A DNA stretch of 64,000 bases from Paramoeba atlantica (taxonomy: Eukaryota > Protista > Discosea): contig CDRNVI010000040.1 in the NCBI GenBank assembly GCA_977017575.1, positions 682,001 to 746,000 on the forward strand, written 5' to 3'. Within the stretch, counting starts at the first letter, position 1. Every line of letters starts with the position of its first letter. Of the stretch, positions 20,633 through 29,609 are shown piece by piece. The notes under the pieces are model-generated. The model was not told the origin of the DNA. It saw nothing but the letters and a program-made list of their open reading frames with translations, and made no database searches. A program made the translations under genes and the position numbers.

Positions 20633-23600
20633 ATGTTTTGCGAGTGTGAAAAGGGATGGAAATGGGTAGACTCTGATACAACGTTGGAAACACACGGAAA
20701 AGACACCCGTTCCATTGTTTATCTCACAAACGAAAAAGTCACTAGAACGCTTGAAACTCACTACGGCTCTCACTCGCACCCCAAATGTAACCTTTTTCAG
20801 TGCCTTCCATCTCGTTCCGATACAACAACCAACACAAATGCATCCTCGGATTGCGGCCCCCATTTTTCGACCTCTTCTCTACAAAACGCCCTCCATTCTC
20901 TTTTTTCCGACGCCTCATCCTATGTGCTCATCTCGGACACCAGGGTGGGCGAAATCTGGCAACCTGCCGTAACAGAATCCCTCGAGGCGTATCTTAACGA
21001 GTGTTTGGTTTCACCACAATCGGATAAATGCATTAACGCTCGCAGCACCTCTCCGATACAAACGTTTTGTATTCCTGCAGGAGAGGGCGCAAAATGTCGA
21101 CAGGTTCGTGACGCTCTAGAAGACTTTCTGGTGGCCTCGCGTTGTGACCGACAGTGTGTGTTGGTCGCCCTCGGGGGTGGGGTTGTGGGAGACCTGGTCG
21201 GGTTTGTGGCGTCCACGTTTCTTCGTGGCGTGCGCTGGGTTTATGTCCCAACAAGTTTACTGAGTATGGTTGATAGTTCGGTTGGAGGGAAGACCGCGAT
21301 TAATAGCGCTGCAGGAAAAAATCTTTTTGGGTCGTTCTATCCCGCGCACCTGACGTTGGTTTCGATCTCATTTTTGGGGACACTTTCGGTTCGTGAGCTT
21401 CGCAACGGATTTGCTGAAGTGGTGAAATCTGCCTTGCTTTGTGGCAAGACTTCTTTTTTTGATCAAGTTGAGTTATTGGCACCTTCGCTTCGTAGTGCAG
21501 AGAGTGCAAGACGTATTCCAGACTCAGTTTGGCATGAAATTATTCTCCAAAGTATTTCTCTTAAAATGTTGTTGATTCAAGGTGATCTCACAGAGTCTCA
21601 GAACGGGTCTCGCTGTTTGTTAAATTTGGGCCACACAGTTGGCCACGCTTTAGAATATACGTACGACCTTCTCCATTCCAGTTACGAGCGCCGAAGCAAT
21701 GCTAAATTTGGCTGTCTAGGTTCAACTTATACTGACACCTCATATTCAGATCAGGTTCCTTCTCCTGATTATTTACTCCACGGCGAAGCAGTGAGTATAG
21801 GGCTTGTCGCCGAGGGACGAATCTCACGTAGACTTGGTATTTTGCAGCCTAGTTTGCTTCAGCGTATGCAGCATGTCTTGACTTCGTGTGGGCTTCCGAT
21901 CACTTCACCTAGTTCGCTATTTTTTGAGGACCACTATGAGGAATTTAGCTTCAGGGAAAAGAAACACGATTCTAACCTGAGTCGCTTTATTTCATTTCTG
22001 TATCGTGATAAGAAAAACCAAAATTCTGAAATCAAGGTAGTTCTTCTCGAACGCCTCGGAATGTGTTGTAAAAGTTCTCCGCGGTACGTCTCTCTTGATT
22101 TAATTCTTTGGTCTGTAAACTGCACTGCATGGCACGTTGGCATAGGTCAAGACATTATTCCTAAGGAAATACACATCACACCTCCAGGAAGCAAATCGAT
22201 CAGTAATCGCGCACTGGCTATTGCATTCCTCGGTGGCACGAAATGTACTCTTCACGGCTTATTGTACAGTGTTGATACTTTATTAATGATTGAGGCTTTG
22301 AAAAAACTGAGCCACTTTTTACAGCAGCATTCTACCCCGAAATCTGATAAAAAGAACAGCGCAGATTCCGAACAGTGTTCACGCGTCTTCACTTTTCCTT
22401 TCCGCTTTCACTCTTTGGATGACACAATTACTGTCCAAGGACACTCACCTCATGATTGGTCTTTCGATGACTTTAATATGAACGCAATGAGTTCAAGTTC
22501 TCTAAATCTCTATGTCGGCAACAGTGGCATCGTGTCTCGGTTTTTACTCCCCATTTGTTTGTTATATTTCAGTAGCTGGGAGTTGGGCGTTGCTGCTTCT
22601 GATGAAGATTACAGAGAAGAGATTTGTTCCAGAGATGTGTCTACGACTATTAAATCTTCGAAACATCGCAAAGGGCAAAACAAAAATTACAGCTACACAC
22701 AAATCACAGGATGTCAACGAATGAATCAATGCCGTCCTATTTTCCCTTTACTTAAAGTGTTGCACGACTTAGGCGCACGCTTTTCTTGTTTAGAAGACGG
22801 TGAATACGATTCATCTTCAACAAACGAACCACTGGACGCTAGCCGACTACACTTTCCTTTGCGCATGTATCCCTCATTCGACTTACAACATCGACTGGAG
22901 TCCTTACAAAGAACCCTTGACATTGATGTTTCTTTATCCTCACAATACCTTTCCTCCCTTCTTATCGTGTCACCTTTTCTGTGCAATCAGCCTCACACCA
23001 CCCCTTCCCCATCTCCACTTCTGTTGCGCGCCTTTGGATTCCCAAACAAACTTTCCCACCCTTTACAGCACACTTCCTCCTCCCTTTCCTCTATGAATCT
23101 TAATACCCCCGCACAACACTGTACGGACGAACAACAGCCCCACACCCCGAGCCCCACACCCCTTCCCCTTCCCCCTCCCCTTCCCTACGTAAACATGACA
23201 CTCTCTGTGATGCGTGACTTTGGTTTTGACATCACCCCCACATGGGACACTCCCACACAAACCCTTTCCTACTCGATTCCCACCCCCAGCGCGTACCACA
23301 GCCCCGGGACGTATTTCATCGAGCCCGACGCGACCAGCGCATCCTACTGGATGGCACTCGCTGTGCTTCACCCCTGTGGCCCCACGGTGGTGATTCCGGG
23401 CCTGGGGACAGCGTCCCGCACCCAGGGTGATTTGGCCTTTGCGACCACCGTGTTGCGCCCCCTCGGGTGTGAGGTGCGTATGGAGGCCAGGAAAGTGGTG
23501 GTTTCCTCGAACGGGGGCAACGGTCTGCGGTCGAATACTGGTTTTTGTATCGACATGGGTGCACTCTCGGATACGTTTATGACCGCCGCTGTACTGTTGT

Positions 23601-26437
23601 GTGGAATAACAAGAGGGAGTGTGGTATCCAATGATGAGGGTTTCGTGAGCTTGGTGCATCGTATCACAGGAATTGCCTCTCAACGTTTGAAGGAGAGTAA
23701 CCGTATCCAAGCGATGGTCACGGAACTGCGTAAGCTAGGCGTACACGCGCAGGAGACTGACGATGGGATAGATATTCACAGTAAGTCATTTGCCTCCATG
23801 AGGCAGTCTCAGCCCATCTATTGCTACGGCGATCACCGCATCGCAATGTCTTTTGCAATATTGTCCTGTCGGATTCCGGGGGGACTTACGATAGTCGACC
23901 CATGGTGTGTAGAAAAAACTTATCCGGAGTTTTGGGACCACTTGAACCGAATTTTTCACCTTTCGCTCAAAGCGAGTGGAACGGATGCGATTGAATCTTC
24001 CTTGTCGTCTTCCTTCGTTGGGTTGGGTGACGCACTTGGGAAACCACGAGGAATGAAGACGTGCCGAGTCCCTGAATTCCGCACGCCTCAAAATACGGTT
24101 CTACATCTTGTTCCTTACAACAACTTTATTGATCTAAAAAACTTGCGCGCGTGTGTGCGAGTGCTGTGTGAGCTTAACAGAACGCAAGGATGGAATTTAC
24201 TCGATTTATCAGAATCCTCATGGAAGCTAGTGACTAATGAGCCGAACATATTTTTGAATTTTAAGTCTGAGCTAGCGAAGCTACCAGCCCAGCATCCAAA
24301 AGTCACACAAAATGTTACTCTAATCCTATGTCCGCCTCTTTTTGATTCTGAGCTTTGGTCTTCTCTTCTTTTTCGTCCAGCAGACACTTCATCAAATGTT
24401 TCTTTTTTTGATTCAACTTTAGAGAGTGTACTACGTCCCGTGCGCCAACTATCGTGTAGTACTCTTGTATTAGATGATTACGGGATTAATCACCTTTCCG
24501 AAAAAGCACTGTCTGAAATGCGTAAGGCCACATCTTATGAGTACTTGATACTTGGTTTTTCAAAGTCTGAGAATTCGTCTGTAAAATGCAAAAGCGATTT
24601 CTCCATTGAATCAAATGTCAATATCTTGGAACGGTTTTTGAATTTTATTTCCAGCACGAAGCGTTGGGATTCTCAGTGTTTACGTAGCTCCCACATGCTA
24701 TCTCTTACGTTACCCACTTACAATTTTTCGTCAGAGCAACATCTAAAAAGGGATTTTCCGCGACTGGTTGCTGGATGCGACGTTGTTGAGCTGCGAGCGG
24801 ACCTGCTAGAAGACAGCGCGACGGGCATTCAAAATGTTGCCAAGGAAATTCAATATTTGCGTTTTCTTACCCCAGACCTTTATCTTTTATTCACTGTACG
24901 GTCAGTACAACAAGGTGGCAAGTTCGTTGGTACAACGGAGCACTACGCCAAATTGATCTCTCTTGCTCTACGTTATGGTTGCGAATTCGTCGATATCGAG
25001 CATGCTTCTTTATCTCCTCAACGTTTCGACGATGGTAACCGTGATGCTTTCTGCATCCTTTCTCTTGCGCAGTCCTACTCCCTCCCTCAACATTTCCCCC
25101 TTGTGACTCTCATTGTCGGGTCCTATCACGACCCCTCCATCACCTTCTCGGAGCTCAACATCCTCGACGTTGTTTTCTCACTGCTCCAATCAGGCTGTGA
25201 CATTGTTAAAATTGTTCTTGGCTTGTCACGTCCCTCCGATCAGTACCGTTTTCAACAATTACTGTCCTCCGTTCTACACAACCGTCTACCTTTTTTGGCA
25301 GTATCATCTGCCTCCGGCGGGGCTCTTTCACGCATTCTGGGCACAATACTTTCTCCCGTCACCCACGAGTTGCTCCCTTTTCCCGCGGCCTCTGGTCAAC
25401 TCACCCTACACGCGATGAATCAGCTGCGAGCACAGCTCGGCTTGACACTTCCCGGTACATTTTATGTTGTAGGCGACCAAATTTCTTATTCTTATTCTCC
25501 TACATTACATCGCACGGCGTTCCATGTTCTTGGTTTGCCACACAGTTATCACGTGGTGGATTGTCCTGATTTTGATCAGGCGTGGGGACAACTTTTGGAA
25601 GATCCTACATTTCGTGGCGCTTCCATTACTATACCTCACAAGGAAAAGGCCTTTCAAATGTTACGGAATGTCAGCCCACATGCACAAATTATTGGGTGCA
25701 TCAATACGATTGCTCGTAAGTATGGATCAGTGGATGAGGCAGATGCATTCTACGGTGAAAATACAGATTGGGTGGCAATCTTCCGTTTTCTAAGGCACTG
25801 GCATCTTCAGAGATGCTCAGAATTATCATCTTGCCCTGTGAATTCCTTTCATGAAACACGAGGATATGTTTTGGGGGCTGGCGGTTCGGCTCGGTCAGCT
25901 GTTTACGCTTTACTACACTTTGGTTGCACCCGAATTTTTATTTTGAACCGTTCATTAAAACGTGCGAAACAGCTTCTATCTTGGTTTACTTCACAGGGAC
26001 TTGGAGAAAGCTTAACGATTTTGGATTTTAATTTAATTAATTATTTTTCTCTTTGTTCTTTTCAAGAAAGTTCTGGCGGGGCCTCCGTCGTGATTTTGAC
26101 AGTTCCTGGTCATGCTGTTGTTTCTTATCCAGATAGTTTGTTTCAAACCGGAAATTGTCTTGCGGTGGATCTTTCGTACACTGCCACACAGAGTGCTTCA
26201 TGTCCCTCTCAAATTCTATATTCTGGACAAATTATTCGTTCGAAAGAGCACGATTGCTGTTCCGCACTAACTCCATTTCTTAGTTTTGTTCGAGCCTATC
26301 ATCCAACTTGCACTCTAGTTTCGGGTTTGGAAATTTTGTTTGAACAGGCAATTGATCAACTTTGGTTTTGGGTAGGTCACCGCATATCAGTGCAGCTTTT
26401 AAGGGACCTATTGCACTCCGGTAGTCTAAAATCATAA
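20633..26437 (+). CDS. ARO1: Pentafunctional AROM polypeptide: DHQ synthase, EPSP synthase, degenerate shikimate kinase, type I DHQase, shikimate dehydrogenase
   Basis: ALGGGVVGDLVGF/PTSLLSMVDSSVGGKT/NLGHTVGHA; PPGSKSISNRAL/RLKESNRI/DHRIAMSF; VELRADLL/DIVK; SYSPTLH/GASITIPHK/NTD/GAGGSAR. Confidence 0.95.
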   Translation: MFCECEKGWKWVDSDTTLETHGKDTRSIVYLTNEKVTRTLETHYGSHSHPKCNLFQCLPSRSDTTTNTNASSDCGPHFSTSSLQNALHSLFSDASSYVLISDTRVGEIWQPAVTESLEAYLNECLVSPQSDKCINARSTSPIQTFCIPAGEGAKCRQVRDALEDFLVASRCDRQCVLVALGGGVVGDLVGFVASTFLRGVRWVYVPTSLLSMVDSSVGGKTAINSAAGKNLFGSFYPAHLTLVSISFLGTLSVRELRNGFAEVVKSALLCGKTSFFDQVELLAPSLRSAESARRIPDSVWHEIILQSISLKMLLIQGDLTESQNGSRCLLNLGHTVGHALEYTYDLLHSSYERRSNAKFGCLGSTYTDTSYSDQVPSPDYLLHGEAVSIGLVAEGRISRRLGILQPSLLQRMQHVLTSCGLPITSPSSLFFEDHYEEFSFREKKHDSNLSRFISFLYRDKKNQNSEIKVVLLERLGMCCKSSPRYVSLDLILWSVNCTAWHVGIGQDIIPKEIHITPPGSKSISNRALAIAFLGGTKCTLHGLLYSVDTLLMIEALKKLSHFLQQHSTPKSDKKNSADSEQCSRVFTFPFRFHSLDDTITVQGHSPHDWSFDDFNMNAMSSSSLNLYVGNSGIVSRFLLPICLLYFSSWELGVAASDEDYREEICSRDVSTTIKSSKHRKGQNKNYSYTQITGCQRMNQCRPIFPLLKVLHDLGARFSCLEDGEYDSSSTNEPLDASRLHFPLRMYPSFDLQHRLESLQRTLDIDVSLSSQYLSSLLIVSPFLCNQPHTTPSPSPLLLRAFGFPNKLSHPLQHTSSSLSSMNLNTPAQHCTDEQQPHTPSPTPLPLPPPLPYVNMTLSVMRDFGFDITPTWDTPTQTLSYSIPTPSAYHSPGTYFIEPDATSASYWMALAVLHPCGPTVVIPGLGTASRTQGDLAFATTVLRPLGCEVRMEARKVVVSSNGGNGLRSNTGFCIDMGALSDTFMTAAVLLCGITRGSVVSNDEGFVSLVHRITGIASQRLKESNRIQAMVTELRKLGVHAQETDDGIDIHSKSFASMRQSQPIYCYGDHRIAMSFAILSCRIPGGLTIVDPWCVEKTYPEFWDHLNRIFHLSLKASGTDAIESSLSSSFVGLGDALGKPRGMKTCRVPEFRTPQNTVLHLVPYNNFIDLKNLRACVRVLCELNRTQGWNLLDLSESSWKLVTNEPNIFLNFKSELAKLPAQHPKVTQNVTLILCPPLFDSELWSSLLFRPADTSSNVSFFDSTLESVLRPVRQLSCSTLVLDDYGINHLSEKALSEMRKATSYEYLILGFSKSENSSVKCKSDFSIESNVNILERFLNFISSTKRWDSQCLRSSHMLSLTLPTYNFSSEQHLKRDFPRLVAGCDVVELRADLLEDSATGIQNVAKEIQYLRFLTPDLYLLFTVRSVQQGGKFVGTTEHYAKLISLALRYGCEFVDIEHASLSPQRFDDGNRDAFCILSLAQSYSLPQHFPLVTLIVGSYHDPSITFSELNILDVVFSLLQSGCDIVKIVLGLSRPSDQYRFQQLLSSVLHNRLPFLAVSSASGGALSRILGTILSPVTHELLPFPAASGQLTLHAMNQLRAQLGLTLPGTFYVVGDQISYSYSPTLHRTAFHVLGLPHSYHVVDCPDFDQAWGQLLEDPTFRGASITIPHKEKAFQMLRNVSPHAQIIGCINTIARKYGSVDEADAFYGENTDWVAIFRFLRHWHLQRCSELSSCPVNSFHETRGYVLGAGGSARSAVYALLHFGCTRIFILNRSLKRAKQLLSWFTSQGLGESLTILDFNLINYFSLCSFQESSGGASVVILTVPGHAVVSYPDSLFQTGNCLAVDLSYTATQSASCPSQILYSGQIIRSKEHDCCSALTPFLSFVRAYHPTCTLVSGLEILFEQAIDQLWFWVGHRISVQLLRDLLHSGSLKS

Positions 26438-26459
26438 AAGCAGAAGTTGGGCGTAATTA

Positions 26460-27199
26460 CAGTAAACGTCACTATTCTCAGAATGCTGAGTTGTACATTG
26501 ACACAGAAAAAATGGCGTTTTTATCGTTTTTCGTTACTATTCTCAGATTTTGTCGATTGAACATTGACAGGCACTTTTTCATGACGTAAAATCATAATTC
26601 TCATTCTTAAAAAATATAAAAATTTGCAACGTTAGCAGCGGAGAGTATGCAAGTGGCCTCTTTGGGTGCACAAAAATGATCCCCAGAGATCTCCAACTAT
26701 CTCGTGCGATCTCCATGGTTTGCGGAGTCGCTGCTCTATCAGAAGAACACCGTGCAGCCAAACACTGCCAATTTTTTTTGTGTAATAATGTTTTCCTTTC
26801 AAAAAACAAAGTTTCGTTACTTGTAGCTACCTGAATCAATGTTTTCTTTTCTCGGCATCACTAAGGCATTTTTGTGCCTATCATGAGTGGGTAGTGAGAG
26901 AAGAGAAGGGACAACACTGAAAATGATCTCCAATGACCCCCAGTGCTCCCCAGCGATCTTCGCCGATCTCTCTTCATACTCTCCAGTGAGTAAAGAATGA
27001 GTAAAGCAGTGAGTTATGCAATGAGAGAAAAAAGCTTTCTTTTATCAATTCTCATTTTTGAGTGTCAAATTGAATTGAACGTTGACACGCGGCTGAAGCC
27101 CCATTCTCATTTTTTAAGTGTGCATTCTCACTTTAGCCAATTGTAAGTTGACAGTCCGATTCTCATTTTTAGCGATTCTCAGAATAGTGACGTTTATTG
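26460..27199. mobile_element. 740-bp Tc1/mariner-type MITE inserted 23 bp after the AROM stop
   Basis: TA|CAGTAAACGTCACTATTCTCAGAAT ... ATTCTCAGAATAGTGACGTTTATTG|TA; many internal ATTCTCA motifs. Confidence 0.8.
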
Positions 27200-27682
27200 T
27201 AATGGGGGGGTTCGTCCATTATTAACAACCATCTAACTTCTTTCGTTACTTCTTTCACTACTTCTTTCGTTACTTCTTTCGTATCCTGAATTTTGAGAGC
27301 ATCCTGAATAATTCCCCAATCACGATCCCGTTCGCGTGCTGTGGCTCGGTGTACGCTACAGTCAGCAAGACGTTTATGTCGATCATCGTTCTCGTGTGGG
27401 ATGGAGGAGAGTTTCTGCGTCAAATCGTTAGATTTTATTCTTACGATCCTTTCCATCGGATATGAATAATGAAAGATTGTCTTTCAAGGTAAAATAGACC
27501 TATAATTCGTCTACATTAAAAGTCACAATTCTGAGAATGGTCAGTTGCACATTGCCGCGTAAAAAAGCACTTTTTTGCAAATTTTCGTCACAATTCTCAG
27601 ATTTGACCTGTTGCACGTTGACAGCACTCTTTTAGTAGAAATTAGATAGATTCTCATTTTTACCATACTTTCGTGCGTACCT

Positions 27683-27740
27683 GAGTACCGTACTCGAGTA
27701 CGGTACTCGCGGTACTCATCGTTTTGAGTACCGTACTCGA
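27683..27740. repeat. Perfect 26-bp palindrome with flanking partial copies
   Basis: GAGTACCGTACTC/GAGTACGGTACTC at 27683-27708; GGTACTC and GAGTACCGTACTCGA follow. Confidence 0.9.
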
Positions 27741-27754
27741 AAGAGGTAGTAACA

Positions 27755-28400
27755 GTGAACGCCACTCAAGCGGAACGCAGAAGCATTGACCCACGGTACC
27801 TGATGACAAAGGAGTGCCTAAAAGACGATTTCAACGTGGTGCGTTGTTCGGCAGGTTGTCCCCATGATCACGCATATGCTGTTACGGACGGTATGGAAGG
27901 TTTTTGCCATTTCAAATGCAAGCGTTGCCCTTGGGAATCGCACGGACGCCACAAAAATCATTACCTAGTCCACCGACGCGAGTGTAAAGGCCGTATTTCA
28001 GTGGCAGATCCGGGGACCTCCTTTGATGCACCCTCCCTTTTTTTGTTGATGGAGAAATATTTGGTACATCCCTTGAAACCCTTGGTACATCCTTGAAAGT
28101 CGATCGCTTTTGTGCCAAAGTTTTACCATGCCTTCACGCAATGTCCAGCTTGCCATCTTCTCAATTTATATGGTTAGTTCGCACTTTAGCAGAGTTGTGG
28201 CCAGAAAATATGACCCCAACTGAGTTTCTTTCAGCATTTCCTTCGCATTCCGATTCTCTACATAAATATGAAGCACGACTGACTGATGAACTTTGGGAAA
28301 TAGTGCGTTCGGACATTGATGCGCACATATACTTTGGCATTGCTTGTGATGGGGGGATTGACCATTATATGATATAATGGAAGTGTGATCATGGAGTGTG
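27755..28400 (+). pseudogene. Frameshifted Cys/His finger plus hAT-like transposase fragment
   Basis: CHFKCKRCPWESH...HYLVHRRECK followed in another frame by IYFGIACDG, resembling the hAT first catalytic-Asp strand; ~20-bp duplication near 28062-28098 marks the frameshift. Confidence 0.35.
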
Positions 28401-28838
28401 ATCATTTTCCTCTTTATGTCAATGCAATACCGATAAAGCCCATCCTCCCTAACACATGGTTCGACCGCGCGCTACCACGAATGCACATCACATCACTTCG
28501 TGGGATTCGGAACACAAAACACAGAGAACGAAAATGGAAATGGAAATGGAAAAAAATCAGTTTCTATAACTTAATGATCAATTCAAATGTAGTAAATTAA
28601 TCATCATTGATCCATGCCGAGTAAATTACTCGGAGCTAAGTCCAGGGTATGTATATCATGGTTTCGAACGCATTTGAAAAGTTTAGGACTTGATGTCAAG
28701 CAGCATTTTCAACAGCATTTTCCGTCTCCCGCTTTCTGACTCTCTTCTCCTTCACTATGGCTCAGGGCTGAAGAGTATGAGATCCAAGTGCCTTTTCCGC
28801 AAGCAAAGTTCCGCTTTTCGGGGTGCGAGCGTAGTTGG

Positions 28839-29250
28839 GGGGTGCGAGCGTAGTTGTTAGACGGTGGGCCTTACAACTTGCAGGTTGTTGGTTCGATTCC
28901 CGCTATCGACAAAACTCGCAACCTGGCGGCCTCAATTCAAAGGGAAAGCGATCAGGAGTGCCTTCAAGGCCCACACCCAACCCCGCTCCCCTGGAGGACC
29001 GACCCGGAACCGCCGAGCTGAACCAGGCTCCATTGCAGCCGCTAAATTGCGTGCTGCTTACGCAAAGGAGGCTTGGGACACAGCCTACACGATGCAACGG
29101 GGTTGGACGCCCGTCCTGGTAGCTACGGTTGGGTAGCCGTGCTCTGGCCGCAAGGCGTCGAGTGCCGTCTGGGAAGGGGGTAGCAAGACAATGAAGGTCG
29201 GTGACCTGAGACTCTACACTAACGGTTGGCTCTGCAGAGCCCTCCGTGTC
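28839..29250 (+). mobile_element. tRNA-Val(TAC)-derived SINE-like element (family B)
   Basis: 73-nt head 28839-28911 aligns position-for-position with tRNA-Val (CT-TAC-AA loop, B-box GGTTCGATTCC) but stems are decayed; 18-nt 5' duplication at 28820-28837; body shares a core with SINE family A. Confidence 0.6.
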
Positions 29251-29609
29251 TTTTTCTTCTTCTTCTTCCGCTTTTCCGGTGAACTATTCAGAAATCGTTT
29301 TCCGGCCTCCACCTCCTTGTAAGTAGTACAAGGTCTTATTGCTAATAAGGCGACAAATTTAGCTCGATTTTCTGTATTACCCGAGCGCCCAGGCATTGAA
29401 AAATTTCAACTAAATAGTACGATTCCAGTGCAGATCATTGACAAAAAAGTAAAGGTAGATAAAGGTAGGGAAAAATAAATATAGTTACTTTAAAGTACCG
29501 GTCGAGCAGAAACTTTCGTCCACTTTTATTTGGCCCCAACAAATTTGGTCCACATGAATTTTGGTCCGACTTCATTTTTGGGGGGTGAAAATATAAATAT
29601 ATATATATA

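Noticed and set aside
29214-29396. Small ORF resembling a Tc1 first HTH that might complete the transposase
   Set aside because: Lies outside the TIRs and downstream of the transposase on the same strand; the resemblance is weak.
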